DNA from: Eledone cirrhosa
Taxonomy: Eukaryota
Direction of reading: 5' to 3'
DNA length: 64,000 bases
Assembly (NCBI GenBank): GCA_964016885.1
Contig: OZ024755.1
Location: 19,592,001 to 19,656,000 of the forward strand
Shown here: positions 26,321-43,270 of the stretch, one piece after another
Layout: every line of letters begins with the position of its first letter
How positions within the stretch are numbered: position 1 is the stretch's first letter
Notes under the pieces: model-generated
Told to the model about the DNA's origin: nothing
The model's input: only the letters and a program-made list of their open reading frames with translations
The model's database searches: none
Position numbers and translations under genes: made by a program

Positions 26321-27998
26321 GGCCTTCACTCTACACAGACAGACAGACAGGCAGACAGAGGTATCAGTCTCTTAATCGATATATAGTTTTTAATGGTTCA
26401 GTTCACTTAATCGTATATTTACAGTTTAGTGAACTGAACCATTGAAAGCTACGAGGAAAGACAATGGATATAATAAAGAAATATAATTCGTTTCCGTAAA
26501 CTGCCAGCACAGTGTCCATATTTCTATCTTGTCATTATTGTGACTTTGGCTAACACAGTCTATTTTCACTGGTTTAATCTGCTTCACTGTATCTGCATGT
26601 GGACACACTGTAAGCTAACAAGATGTTCATTAATTACACAGTGTGGATTTCAAGCATTTTCAAGTTCCTGGAGAAAGGAAATATAGAAAGCCACTTCACT
26701 GCTCAGCCTCGGGCCAGATTTTACAACTGTCTAGATCATCCATTGAATATAGTCTATAGCACTAATTACTAGCTGGTTATAATGCCTGCTAGGTAGCTGC
26801 CAATCGCGCATTAAACTCATCATGACCAGAAACTGGTTAACAAGTAGTTAGTAATTGAAATTCGCCATTAGATACATCTTAACGCTATCTTCAAATAGAC
26901 TTTTCTCCTGTCAGTTTGATATGAACGATTTTATATAGCTGTTTCTATACTGAAACTTGGATCTAACACCCACACACAAAAAATGATTTAGTGAGATTTT
27001 AACTTTAATATAACCAGAGATTTGAATACAATTGCACGTTATTAGTTTGAAATAGAAGTTTTATTTCTCTTCAAAATTCAATAACACATCATTGTTTGAA
27101 AGGGCTACTTTCTCCTATTCCACCTCCCACCATTATCCTACAGATATTTTCCGTATAAGCTTATTATATTTTCTATATGTTTGACTATTTCATTCGAGTG
27201 AAGAGATTGTTATGATGGACATCGATTTGAAGGATGCATCAAAGTTATTAATTTTCTTTAAGTACAGCATTAATAAGCTGGTCTTAAGATGCCAAACTAT
27301 AACACATAAGAGCAGATACTGTTTCTCTTAGCGAACATCTTATAATATAATATTAAATATATTTTGTTCTCTTTTTACATCAAAATAACAATAACAAGAT
27401 TATAAAATACAAGGATACGGAATTTTCGAAGAGTCAAAATATTTCTTTGTTAGTGAGATGCTGTCGTTTGATGAACATTTCCAATTTATTGACTTTTTGG
27501 TATTTGTATGAAGTTCCTAGATAAATACTGTAGCTAAATATATAATTATATCTCCATAACTAGTTATCAAGTAACATATTTTCAAGTAGAACATTGATCT
27601 CGAAAGATTGCCTTTAACTCTCAAAAGTATTTAAATATATATAAGTTACAAGTTGTAACTGCAGTACATAAAGTAAATGACAATCCTGTCTTTTGGTGTT
27701 AAGAAATACTCCTATAAAATATCGGCTATTGTGAAAAGCTTTACTGTATGTAGTTCATGGCATATGATAGCTACACATCGATCTTTACAACATAAAGGAC
27801 TCATACATTTTGTAATTCGAATCTGAAACCTCCTTTAAGCTAATATTTACCTAAAGACAGAGACAAACGTATATATTATTCTTACTATCTCTCTCCCCCA
27901 CCACATCTTTCTATCTTACACTGTCCACTTCCCTCCTCTCACTTAAGCTTATAAGCAATCGCTACTTTCTATAATTCATATATATATATATATATATA

Positions 27999-28041
<43 letters not shown>

Positions 28042-28109
28042 ATATATATATATAGAGGGAGAGAGTGGGAGAAGGAGAGAGGGAGAGAGTGGGAGAAGGA
28101 GAGAGGGAG

Positions 28110-28270
28110 AGAATCGACCTCAGTACTAGTGTTTATTAATTTATCGTCCTTGAAATGATGAAAAGCAAAGTTGACCTCGGCAGGATTCGAACTCAGAAAG
28201 TGCAGAATGCCGCAATGAATACCGCAAAACTTTCTATCCAACTTTCTAACAACTCCGCCAATTTGCCGCT
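28110..28270 (-). mobile_element. SINE family A, older variant; other diverged minus-strand copies at about 23130-23240, 29018-29110, 58530-58620 and 61430-61573
   Basis: GATGAAAAGCAAAGTTGACCTCGGCAGGATTCGAACTCAG. Confidence 0.75.
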
Positions 28271-28608
28271 TATATCATGAAATAAGATATAAAAGGTAGT
28301 ATTTCCGCTCTCTGACAAGATTTTCACTTAGTAAAGTAGCTCGCCGTAAGTAGATAATTGCCTATGAAAAACTCAAAACAAATAAACTATATTATTTCCA
28401 TCTCCAACATAGAATATTTCCTTTAATAAAACTAATAAAAGTGTCAATTTATTTTCTTAAACTCAACTCTATACCGCAATATTACAATTTAGTTATCGTT
28501 GCTGGATTGAACAATGAAATCATATTCTCTCTCTGAGTGTATTACGACTTGTGGAGACTATTTTATTGAATATTGGGCCAGATAATGAAAATTCACATCT
28601 CTGTGGAC

Positions 28609-28662
<54 letters not shown>

Positions 28663-29382
28663 TATATATATATGAATATATGAATATGAATATATGAATA
28701 AATATATTTATGAATATATATATATGAATATATATATATATATGAATATATATATATATGAATATATATATGAATATATATATGAATATATATATATATA
28801 TATGAATATATATATATATATTATATATGAATATATATATTATATATGAATATATATATATTATATATGAATATATATATATTATATATGAATATATATA
28901 TATTATATATTAATATATATATATCTTCACTATTTGTACAAATATACAACTTAACAATATTCTGCATATCCGCAATTGATAATGCATTTAATGCTGAAAC
29001 CGGTATTGTAAATAAATTAATTGTTTCTACTTTTGGCACAAGGTCCGCAAATTACCCAGTGCATTACTGGTACTTTATTTTATCGACCCCGGAAGGATGA
29101 AAGCAAAGTATTGTAAATCAATTAATGCTTTAACATTTCACTAAAAATACATTTTCTACAGAAAAAAAACCACTCTTCCTTTCTACTATTTGTTTATATA
29201 TATATATATATATATAAATAAATATATATATATATATATTTCCTCCACCCCCTCTCCCTCTTTCTTCTACTGGCAGGTTCAGCTACCCCTTCCTTCCACA
29301 AATTGCCATTTTAGAATTATGTGTCTCAACAACAAACTTTTGACCAATCCTTGTGACAATCACTTTTACCATATATGGAATT

Positions 29383-29478
29383 ACCCCCTGAGAAGCTCGG
29401 CTATTCATATACCAGGATAAAAATTTTCATTTAGTCCAGAATTAGCCGTCGAAACGGCTTGAGCTCAGCCGTCGGGGT
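29383..29478 (+). ncRNA. Large type I hammerhead-like fold (family C) with one core substitution
   Basis: ACCCC-CTGAGAA-GCT-CGGCTA..TAGCCG-TC-GAAA-CGGCT-TGAGCTC-AGCCG-TC-GGGGT. All three stems are present; the core reads CUGAGAA instead of CUGANGA. Confidence 0.6.
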
Positions 29479-29569
29479 CCTACTCGTTCCTATTACCCAC
29501 TCTACTACCCTAAGTATTGAGTACTTTGGTGCGTTATGGTCCACCTGGTTCCTTACCACTTTTCCTTCG

Positions 29570-29571
<2 letters not shown>
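29383..29571 (+). mobile_element. Family C short element (hammerhead-like head plus ~95-bp tail) ending in (TA)n
   Basis: The tail CCTATTACCCACTCTACTACCCTAAGTATTGAGTACT..CCTTACCAC is shared with the copies at 9953, 12309, 44723, 45053 and 49055. Confidence 0.8.
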
Positions 29572-29629
<58 letters not shown>

Positions 29630-29812
29630 CTACGGCTATTACAATAGATGTCCTGGTGGCATTTACCATGTTTTCATGTATGGTATGGGTTTAGTTACTA
29701 ATGTAGTCGCAACCCTCGCACTCTTGAACCAGCGGAACAGCTTGGATAGGATGACAACTAATCATAACCTTTTGCAAAGACTATTAAATCCGATCGCTAT
29801 TATCTTTTACTA

Positions 29813-29993
29813 AAGGGCGGTGGATTGACAGTATCGGTAGAGGGTCGGACACAATGCTATGCAGTAAAGAGTTACGGCCCCTGAGTTCAAATCCCGCCGA
29901 GGTTAACTTTGCTTTTCATCCTTACGGGGTCGATAAAATAAAGCACCAGTAATACACTGGGATAATTGCTGGCCTTGTGCCAACAATTAGAAA
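29813..29993 (+). mobile_element. SINE family A, short form
   Basis: Same consensus, with a perfect 16-bp TSD CTATTATCTTTTACTA at 29797-29812 and 29994-30009. Confidence 0.92.
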
Positions 29994-30099
29994 CTATTAT
30001 CTTTTACTATATAAAGTGTCGCATTATTCTACATTCCAGACAATTATCTATGTTTTAAATATGAGGCGAGGGACGCTTACACATTTGTTCCAAGTTGTA

Positions 30100-30285
30100 T
30101 AATAATTTCTAATTTAGGCACAAGGCCAATAATTTGTGAGGACTGGAAGGTCATTACATTGACCCCAGTACGTAACTGGTACTTTATTTTGTCGACCCCG
30201 AAAGAATGAAAGGCAAAGCAGACTTTTGGTGGGATTTGAACTCAGGATTTAAAGATCCGGAATAAATGCCGCAAAGCATTTTCTC
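30100..30285 (-). mobile_element. SINE family A variant
   Basis: Reverse-complement consensus match. Confidence 0.8.
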
Positions 30286-32292
30286 AAAGTTGTATAATGT
30301 AATGAAAATCTTGAGTTGCCAAGGCAAATATAATGTGATAGCTAAGACTGGTTCCAGTAAGTCTAATAGAAAACAGTAGCTGATCAATTATGGAAGGGTG
30401 CGACTTTTTAGACAACACCAGCTGAGAAACAGCAGTTGGTCAATTATGGAAATGTGAAGAAAGTCATTCAGGGTGAAGGAGAGGAACATTAATTTCGAAT
30501 CCTTTCGGAAGTTCTTAACAATACGTGTTACTTTCGGAGACGGTGAACTGAAGCGATAAGGAAAACGTACTATAAGAAGCGAAATAGTTCTTCGCTGAAG
30601 AAATTTATATATCGGTTAGATACACAAGTTAATCAACTTTATAACTAATGCCTTGTGTGCATTTACCTATAAACTCCATGAAATACACACTTGTAGATTT
30701 TGAGAGTGGTGTAGTGGTGTATGTTGCAGAAATAACGAAATTAACCAATTGGGTTTCTGTCTTTCTGGCTTTCTTTCTATCTCTGTTTCCTAACACTTCC
30801 GGCTCCCCATATGTAAACGAGTAAATGAGGAATTTGTAATCTGTCAAACTGCACAGTTTAATGGAGAAAATGATTAACAAGAATCGCTGTAGGGGAATAA
30901 AGTATAATTGGCCAATTAAAGGTTTGATAAAGTAACACAGTAATAAGAATAACATCAATTAAACCGAACAGAAGCTGTTGGGCGAGCGAAGACAATGACA
31001 GCTGTCAGAAAACTGAAGGAACTATACAAATCATATACAATATAAAAAAAAAAAAAAAATGAACAAATAAAAAACTAAAGCTACATACTTCTATGACCTG
31101 AAACATTAATAAGGAAAGCCATCAGTTCCAATTCAAGTTGTTTATCAATTAAGAGTTTCTTCACAAGAACCAAACAAATAATTCTGTGACAATGAAGTTG
31201 CCTCACGATTGAAAGTATGAAAGTAGATATTCTATTAATAAATGTTTAGCTATGGTTTTATTATGTCAACTATATTTTACTAACAGAAGTTATACAACGA
31301 TGGAGATATTAAAAAAAAAGATAAAAACAATGTTAAGTAATGAAAAACATAAGGGGGAAAAGGTAAAGAAGGACAGATCTGGCTGTATAGGAAAGTAAAA
31401 GAAAAGGAGGGAAAGATCAAGAACTGTTCGGCAGTATGAGAAAGAGGGGGAAGAGGAAAGGGTGACGGACTCTGTACCTAGGTCGGAGCAGTGTTTCAGC
31501 TGCACCCTACGGACACAACTGCAGAATGCCTTAAAGTTTGACATTTCTGAGACTCTGAAAACTATGACAACCAGTTATTTATCGGCAATATTTTTGATCA
31601 TAGATAAAAAAAAAATCTGCTTGATTAGGACTAACGTAAAGCTTAACACCACCAACAACTATTTCACAGAAAATCCAATGAGAAGGCTTCTATGTGGTCA
31701 CTTGATTTGCTAGAATAAGCAACCAAATTTATACAATACAATATTTGTAGTATAAGCATGCAAAAACCCCCACACTGGTCAACTATGGAATGATTTTAAT
31801 CATAGGTCTTGGTCAGGGCTGACCTGGGGGACTAAACAATAACTCCTCCCCACCAATAACACCAGAAAATCAGAAATCAATTAAATGTTTGTCTTCTCTA
31901 AATGTATCCTTTAAATCTAAATCTTCATAAACGATTGTACAATTCTATCGATACACCATCAACACTAACAACACTATCACTTCCGTCACTATTATCAAAA
32001 TTACTAATAAGATCTTCGTGCTAGAATTAACAGTAAAAATCTCACTCAAACTACTCTTTACCGTCTTTAAATGGCGAAAAACTCATAATGAAAAACTCAA
32101 TTCTGAAAACAATATTGTAGAAAACGAAAAACGAAAAACGAAAAACGAAAAACGAAAAACGAAAAACGAAAAACGAAAAAAAAAAACGAAAAACGAAAAA
32201 AAAAAAAAAAAAAGAAAGAGAACAAAAAGAAATGGTGGTATAGTTAAGGTTGGAACATTATTCAAATTATAAAAAAAAAACGATAGTAGAAA

Positions 32293-32865
32293 ACACCACC
32301 ATCACCATCACCCCACCACCAATAACAACAACACCAGCACTAACATCACCGCCATCTAACTAACACCAGTACCATCCCCAACACCACCAACAATAACAAC
32401 AACCACATCAGCATTAGCATCATCGACATCATCAATAACATCACCGCCATCACCAACAACAACAACAACAACACCAGCACTAGCATCAACACCATCACCA
32501 ATAACAACACCAGCACCACCAACAACACCAGCACCACTACCAACACTATCACCAACAACACCAGCACCAATAACAACACCACCATCATCACAAACACCAC
32601 CACCACCACCACCACTATCAACACTATCACCATCACCAACAACACCACCAATAACAACACCACCATCATCCCAAATAACAGTAGCAACAGCACCACCACC
32701 ACCACCACCACTACCAACACTATCACCGTCACCAACAACACCACCATCATAAAAAAAATCAACATAAATCAAAGCCCAAATCCTACAGTAGAAACAATAC
32801 AGTACCAACAGCAACAATACAACAACAACAACAACAATACAACAACAACAACAACAACAGCAACA
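32293..32865. repeat. Cryptic (CAC/CAA/CAT)n low-complexity tract
   Basis: Degenerate trinucleotide repeats on the left of the satellite. Confidence 0.9.
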
Positions 32866-33039
32866 GACTCTGCAATAGTAGCAATATGGAGAGCATCATA
32901 AAAAATATAATATAAAATATAATATAAAATAAAATATAATATAAAACATATAAAAACAACAGAAGTAGCAGCTGAGAGACTCGTAAAAAATAATAATGTT
33001 AAATTTAATAATAGCAATAATTACAATAGAAACAACCCA

Positions 33040-36000
33040 ACCACCACACCACCACCACCACCACCACAACAACAACCACCAGTACACCAACACCACCACC
33101 ACAACAACTACTAGTAACAGCAACACAACCACAACCACCAGTACACCAACACCACCACCACAACAACTACTAGTAACAGCAACACAACCACAACCACCAG
33201 TACACCAACACCACCACCACAACAACTACTAGTAACAGCAACACAACCACAACCACCAGTACACCAACACCACCACCACAACAACTACTAGTAACAGCAA
33301 CACAACCACAACCACCAGTACACCAACACCACCACCACAACAACTACTAGTAACAGCAACACAACCACAACCACCAGTAACACCAACACCACCACCACAA
33401 CAACTACTAGTAACAGCAACACAACCACAACCACCAGTACACCAACACCACCACCACAGCCACTACTAGTAACAGCAACACAACCACAACCACCAGTACA
33501 CCAACACCACCACCACAACAACTACTAGTAACAGCAACACAACCACAACCACCAGTAACACCAACACCACCACCACAACAACTACTAGTAACAGCAACAC
33601 AACCACAACCACCAGTAACACCAACACCACCACCACAACAACTACTAGTAACAGCAACACAACCACAACCACCAGTACACCAACACCACCACCACAACAA
33701 CTACTAGTAACAGCAACACAACCACCACCACCAGTAACACCAACACCACCACCACAACAACTACTAGTAACAGCAACACAACCACAACCACCAGTACACC
33801 AACACCACCACCACAACAACTACTAGTAACAGCAACACAACCACCACCACCAGTAACACCAACACCACCACCACAACAACTACTAGTAACAGCAACACAA
33901 CCACAACCACCAGTACACCAACACCACCACCACAACAACTACTAGTAACAGCAACACAACCACCACCACCAGTAACACCAACACCACCACCACAACAACT
34001 ACTAGTAACAGCAACACAACCACAACCACCAGTACACCAACACCACCACCACAACAACTACTAGTAACAGCAACACCACCACAACCACCAGTACACCAAC
34101 ACCACCACCACAACAACTACTAGTAACAGCAACACAACCACAACCACCAGTACACCAACACCACCACCACAACAACTACTAGTAACAGCAACACAACCAC
34201 CACCACCAGTACACCAACACCACCACCACAACAACTACTAGTAACAGCAACACAACCACAACCACCAGTACACCAACACCACCACCACCACAACAACTAC
34301 TAGTAACAGCAACACAACCACAACCACCAGTACACCAACACCACCACCACCACAACAACTACTAGTAACAGCAACACCACCACAACCACCAGTACACCAA
34401 CACCACCACCACAACAACTACTAGTAACAGCAACACCACCACAACCACCAGTACACCAACACCACCACCACAACAACTACTAGTAACAGCAACACAACCA
34501 CAACCACCAGTACACCAACACCACCACCACAACAACTACTAGTAACAGCAACACAACCACAACCACCAGTACACCAACACCACCACCACCACAACAACTA
34601 CTAGTAACAGCAACACAACCACAACCACCAGTACACCAACACCACCACCACAACAACTACTAGTAACAGCAACACAACCACAACCACCAGTACACCAACA
34701 CCAACACCACAACAACTACTAGTAACAGCAACACAACCACAACCACCAGTACACCAACACCACCACCACAACAACTACTAGTAACAGCAACACAACCACC
34801 ACCACCAGTAACACCAACACCACCACCACAACAACTACTAGTAACAGCAACACAACCACAACCACCAGTACACCAACACCACCACCACAACAACTACTAG
34901 TAACAGCAACACAACCACAACCACCAGTACACCAACACCACCACCACAACAACTACTAGTAACAGCAACACAACCACAACCACCAGTACACCAACACCAC
35001 CACAACAACTACTAGTAACAGCAACACAACCACAACCACCAGTACACCAACACCACCACAACAACTACTAGTAACAGCAACACCACCACAACCACCAGTA
35101 CACCAACACCACCACCACAACAACTACTAGTAACAGCAACACAACCACAACCACCAGTACACCAACACCAACACCACAACAACTACTAGTAACAGCAACA
35201 CAACCACAACCACCAGTACACCAACACCACCACCACAACAACTACTAGTAACAGCAACACAACCACAACCACCAGTACACCAACACCACCACCACAACAA
35301 CTACTAGTAACAGCAACACAACCACAACCACCAGTAACACCAACACCACCACCACAACAACTACTAGTAACAGCAACACAACCACAACCACCAGTAACAC
35401 CAACACCACCACCACAACAACTACTAGTAACAGCAACACAACCACAACCACCAGTACACCAACACCACCACCACAACAACTACTAGTAACAGCAACACAA
35501 CCACAACCACCAGTACACCAACACCACCACCACAACAACTACTAGTAACAGCAACACAACCACAACCACCAGTACACCAACACCACCACCACAACAACTA
35601 CTAGTAACAGCAACACAACCACAACCACCAGTACACCAACACCACCACCACAACAACTACTAGTAACAGCAACACAACCACAACCACCAGTACACCAACA
35701 CCACCACCACAACAACTACTAGTAACAGCAACACAACCACAACCACCAGTACACCAACACCACCACCACAACAACTACTAGTAACAGCAACACAACCACA
35801 ACCACCAGTACACCAACACCACCACCACAACAACTACTAGTAACAGCAACACAACCACAACCACCAGTACACCAACACCACCACCACAACAACTACTAGT
35901 AACAGCAACACAACCACAACCACCAGTACACCAACACCACCACCACAACAACTACTAGTAACAGCAACACAACCACAACCACCAGTACACCAACACCACC

Positions 36001-39000
36001 ACCACAACAACTACTAGTAACAGCAACACAACCACAACCACCAGTACACCAACACCACCACCACAACAACTACTAGTAACAGCAACACAACCACAACCAC
36101 CAGTACACCAACACCACCACCACAACAACTACTAGTAACAGCAACACAACCACAACCACCAGTACACAACACCACCACCACCACAACAACTACTAGTAAC
36201 AGCAACACAACAACAACCACCAGTAACACCAACACCACCACCACAACAACTACTAGTAACAGCAACACAACCACAACCACCAGTACACCAACACCACCAC
36301 CACCACAACAACTACTAGTAACAGCAACACAACAACAACCACCAGTAACACCAACACCACCACCACAACAACTACTAGTAACAGCAACACAACCACAACC
36401 ACCAGTACACCAACACCACCACCACCACAACAACTACTAGTAACAGCAACACAACAACAACCACCAGTAACACCAACACCACCACCACAACAACTACTAG
36501 TAACAGCAACACAACCACAACCACCAGTACACCAACACCACCACCACAACAACTACTAGTAACAGCAACACAACCACAACCACCAGTACACCAACACCAC
36601 CACCACAACAACTACTAGTAACAGCAACACCACCACAACCACCAGTACACCAACACCACCACCACCACAACAACTACTAGTAACAGCAACACAACCACAA
36701 CCACCAGTACACCAACACCACCACCACCACAACAACTACTAGTAACAGCAACACAACCACAACCACCAGTACACCAACACCACCACCACAACAACTACTA
36801 GTAACAGCAACACAACCACAACCACCAGTACACCAACACCACCACCACAACAACTACTAGTAACAGCAACACAACCACAACCACCAGTACACCAACACCA
36901 CCACCACCACAACAACTACTAGTAACAGCAACACAACCACAACCACCAGTACACCAACACCACCACCACAACAACTACTAGTAACAGCAACACAACCACA
37001 ACCACCAGTACACCAACACCACCACCACAACAACTACTAGTAACAGCAACACCACCACAACCACCAGTACACCAACACCACCACCACACAACTACTAGTA
37101 ACAGCAACACAACCACAACCACCAGTACACCAACACCACCACCACACAACTACTAGTAACAGCAACACAACCACAACCACCAGTACACCAACACCACCAC
37201 CACAACAACTACTAGTAACAGCAACACCACCACAACCACCAGTACACCAACACCACCACCACAACAACTACTAGTAACAGCAACACAACCACAACCACCA
37301 GTACACCAACACCACCACCACAACAACTACTAGTAACAGCAACACAACCACAACCACCAGTACACCAACACCACCACCACAACAACTACTAGTAACAGCA
37401 ACACCACCACAACCACCAGTACACCAACACCACCACCACAACAACTACTAGTAACAGCAACACAACCACAACCACCAGTACACCAACACCACCACCACAA
37501 CAACTACTAGTAACAGCAACACAACCACAACCACCAGTACACCAACACCACCACAACAACTACTAGTAACAGCAACACAACCACAACCACCAGTACACCA
37601 ACACCACCACCACAACAACTACTAGTAACAGCAACACAACCACAACCACCAGTACACCACACCACCACACAACAACTACTAGTAACAGCAACACAACCAC
37701 AACCACCAGTACACCAACACCACCACAACACTACTAGTAACAGCAACACAACCACAACCACCAGTACACCAACACCACCACAACAACTACTAGTAACAGC
37801 AACACAACCACAACCACCAGTACACCAACACCACCACCACAACAACTACTAGTAACAGCAACACAACCACAACCACCAGTACACCAACACCACCACCACA
37901 ACAACTACTAGTAACAGCAACACAACCACAACCACCAGTACACCAACACCACCACCACAACAACTACTAGTAACAGCAACACAACCACAACCACCAGTAC
38001 ACCAACACCACCACCACAACAACTACTAGTAACAGCAACACAACCACAACCACCAGTACACCAACACCACCACCACAACAACTACTAGTAACAGCAACAC
38101 AACAACAACCACCAGTACACCAACACCACACCACAACAACTACTAGTAACAGCAACACAACCACAACCACCAGTACACCAACACCACCACCACAACAACT
38201 ACTAGTAACACCACCACAACCACAACCACCAGTACACCACACCACCACCACAACAACTACTAGTAACAGCAACACAACCACAACCACCAGTACACCAACA
38301 CCACCACCACAACAACTACTAGTAACAGCAACACAACCACAACCACCAGTACACCAACACCACCACCACAACAACTACTAGTAACAGCAACACAACCACA
38401 ACCACCAGTACACCAACACCACCACCACAACAACTACTAGTAACAGCAACACAACCACAACCACCAGTACACCAACACCACCACCACAACAACTACTAGT
38501 AACAGCAACACAACCACAACCACCAGTACACCAACACCACCACAACAACTACTAGTAACAGCAACACAACCACAACCACCAGTACACCAACACCACCACC
38601 ACAACAACTACTAGTAACAGCAACACAACCACAACCACCAGTACACACACCACCACCACAACTACTAGTAACAGCAACACAACCACAACCACCAGTACAC
38701 CAACACCACCACCACAACAACTACTAGTAACAGCAACACAACCACAACCACCAGTAACACCAACACCACCACCACGGCCACTAGTAACAGCAACACAACA
38801 CAACCACCAGTACACCAACACCACCACCACAACAACTACTAGTAACAGCAACACAACCACAACCACCAGTAACACCAACACCACCACCACAACAACTACT
38901 AGTAACAGCAACACAACCACAACCACCAGTACACCAACACACCACCACAACTACTAGTAACAGCAACACAACCACAACCACCAGTACACCAACACCACCA

Positions 39001-42000
39001 CCACAACAACTACTAGTAACAGCAACACAACCACAACCACCAGTACACCAACACCACCACCACAACAACTACTAGTAACAGCAACACAACCACAACCACC
39101 AGTACACCAACACCACCACCACAACAACTACTAGTAACAGCAACACAACCACAACCACCAGTACACCAACACCACCACCACAACTACTAGTAACAGCAAC
39201 ACAACCACAACCACCAGTACACAACACCACCACCACAACAACTACTAGTAACAGCAACACAACCACAACCACCAGTACACCAACACCACCACCACAACAA
39301 CTACTAGTAACAGCAACACAACCACAACCACCAGTACACCAACACCACCACCACAACAACTACTAGTAACAGCAACACAACCACAACCACCAGTACACCA
39401 ACACCACCACCACAACAACTACTAGTAACAGCAACACAACCACAACCACCAGTAACACCAACACCACCACCACGGCCACTAGTAACAGCAACACAACCAC
39501 AACCACCAGTAACACCACACCACCACCACAACAACTACTAGTAACAGCAACACAACCACAACCACCAGTAACACCAACACCACCACCACAACAACTACTA
39601 GTAACAGCAACACAACCACAACCACCAGTACACCAACACCACCACCACAACTACTAGTAACAGCAACACAACCACAACCACCAGTACACCAACACCACCA
39701 CCACAACAACTACTAGTAACAGCAACACAACCACAACCACCAGTAACACCAACACCACCACCACGGCCACTAGTAACAGCAACACAACCACAACCACCAG
39801 TACACCAACACCACCACCACAACAACTACTAGTAACAGCAACACAACCACAACCACCAGTAACACCAACACCACCACCACAACAACTACTAGTAACAGCA
39901 ACACAACCACAACCACCAGTACACCAACACCACCACCACAACAACTACTAGTAACAGCAACACAACCACAACCACCAGTACACCAACACCACCACCACAA
40001 CAACTACTAGTAACAGCAACACAACCACAAGTACACCAACACCACCACCACAACAACTACTAGTAACAGCAACACAACCACAACCACCAGTAACACCAAC
40101 ACCACCACCACAACAACTACTAGTAACAGCAACACAACCACAACCACCAGTACACCAACACCACCACCACAACAACTACTAGTAACAGCAACACAACCAC
40201 AACCACCAGTACACCAACACCACCACCACAACAACTACTAGTAACAGCAACACAACCACAACCACCAGTACACCAACACCACAACAACTACTAGTAACAG
40301 CAACACAACCACAACCACCAGTACACCAACACCACCACCACAACAACTACTAGTAACAGCAACACAACCACAACCACCAGTACACCAACACCACCACCAC
40401 AACAACTACTAGTAACAGCAACACAACCACAACCACCAGTAACACCAACACCACCACCACAACAACTACTAGTAACAGCAACACAACCACAACCACCAGT
40501 ACACCAACACCACCACCACAACAACTACTAGTAACAGCAACACAACCACAACCACCAGTACACCAACACCACCACCACAACAACTACTAGTAACAGCAAC
40601 ACAACCACAACCACCAGTACACCACCACCACAACAACTACTAGTAACAGCAACACAACCACAACCACCAGTACACCAACACCACCACCACAACAACTACT
40701 AGTAACAGCAACACAACCACAACCACCAGTACACCAACACCACCACCACAACAACTACTAGTAACAGCAACACAACCACAACCACCAGTACACCAACACC
40801 ACCACAACAACTACTAGTAACAGCAACACAACCACAACCACCAGTACACCAACACCACCACCACAACAACTACTAGTAACAGCAACACAACCACAACCAC
40901 CAGTACACCAACACCACCACCACAACAACTACTAGTAACAGCAACACAACCACAACCACCAGTACACCAACACCACCACAACAACTACTAGTAACAGCAA
41001 CACCACCACAACCACCAGTACACCAACACCACCACCACAACAACTACTAGTAACACCACCACAACCACAACCACCAGTACACCAACACCACCACCACAAC
41101 AACTACTAGTAACAGCAACACAACAACAACCACCAGTACACCAACACCACCACCACAACAACTACTAGTAACACCACCACAACCACAACCACCAGTACAC
41201 CAACACCACCACCACAACAACTACTAGTAACACCACCACAACCACAACCACCAGTACACCAACACCACCACCACAACAACTACTAGTAACACCACCACAA
41301 CCACAACCACCAGTACACCAACACCACCACCACAACAACTACTAGTAACAGCAACACAACAACAACCACCAGTACACCAACACCACCACCACAACAACTA
41401 CTAGTAACAGCAACACAACCACAACCACCAGTACACCAACACCACCACAACAACTACTAGTAACAGCAACACAACCACAACCACCAGTACACCAACACCA
41501 CCACAACAACTACTAGTAACAGCAACACAACAACAACCACCAGTACACCAACACCACCACCACAACAACTACTAGTAACAGCAACACAACCACAACCACC
41601 AGTACACCAACACCACCACCACAACAACTACTAGTAACAGCAACACCACCACAACCACCAGTTCACCAACACCAACACCACAACAACTACTAGTAACAGC
41701 AACACAACCACAACCACCAGTACACCAACACCACCACCACAACAACTACTAGTAACAGCAACACAACCACAACCACCAGTACACCAACACCACCACCACA
41801 ACAACTACTAGTAACAGCAACACAACAACAACCACCAGTACACCAACACCACCACCACCACAACTACTAGTAACAGTAACACCACCACAACCACCAGTAA
41901 CACCAACACCACCACCACAACAACTACTAGTAACAGCAACACAACCACAACCACCAGTACACCAACACCACCACCACAACAACTACTAGTAACAGCAACA

Positions 42001-43270
42001 CAACCACAACCACCAGTACACCAACACCACCACCACAACAACTACTAGTAACAGCAACACAACCACAACCACCAGTACACCAACACCACCACCACAACAA
42101 CTACTAGTAACAGCAACACAACCACAACCACCAGTAACACCAACACCACCACCACAACAACTACTAGTAACAGCAACACAACAACAACCACCAGTACACC
42201 AACACCACCACCACAACAACTACTAGTAACAGCAACACAACCACAACCACCAGTAACACCAACACCACCACCACAGCCACTAGTAACAGCAACACAACCA
42301 CAACCACCAGTAACACCACCACCACCACAACAACTACTAGTAACAGCAACACAACCACCACCACCAGTAACACCAACACCACCACCACAACAACTACTAG
42401 TAACAGCAACACCACCACAACCACCAGTACACCAACACCACCACCACAACAACTACTAGTAACAGCAACACAACCACAACCACCAGTACACCAACACCAC
42501 CACCACAACAACTACTAGTAACAGCAACACAACCACAACCACCAGTAACACCAACACCACCACCACAACAACTACTAGTAACAGCAACACAACCACAACC
42601 ACCAGTACACCAACACCACCACCACAACAACTACTAGTAACAGCAACACAACCACAACCACCAGTACACCAACACCACCACCACAACAACTACTAGTAAC
42701 AGCAACACAACCACAACCACCAGTACACCAACACCACCACCACAACAACTACTAGTAACAGCAACACAACCACCAGTACACCAACACCACCACAACAACA
42801 ACAACTACTAGTAACAGCAACACAACCACAACCACCAGTAACACCAACACCACCACCACAACAACTACTAGTAACAGCAACACAACCACAACCACCAGTA
42901 ACACCAACACCACCACCACCAGTAACACCAACACCACCACCACCAGTAACACCAACACCACCACCACCACCACCAGTAACACCAACACCACCACCACCAG
43001 TAATACCACCACCACCACCACCAGTAACACCAACACCACCACCACCAGTAATACCAACACCACCACCACAACCACCAGTAACACCAACACTACCACCACC
43101 ACCACCACAACAACAACCACCAGTACACCAACACCACCACCACAACAACTACTAGTAACAGCAACACAACCACAACCACCAGTAACACCAACACCACCAC
43201 CACAGCCACTAGTAACACCACCACAACCACAACCACCAGTACACCAACACCAACACCACAGCCTCTAGTA
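33040..43270. repeat. About 10-kb satellite array with a 59/60-bp unit
   Basis: Unit CCAGTA(A)CACCAACACCACCACCACAACAACTACTAGTAACAGCAACACAACCACAACCA, roughly 170 copies. Confidence 0.98.
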
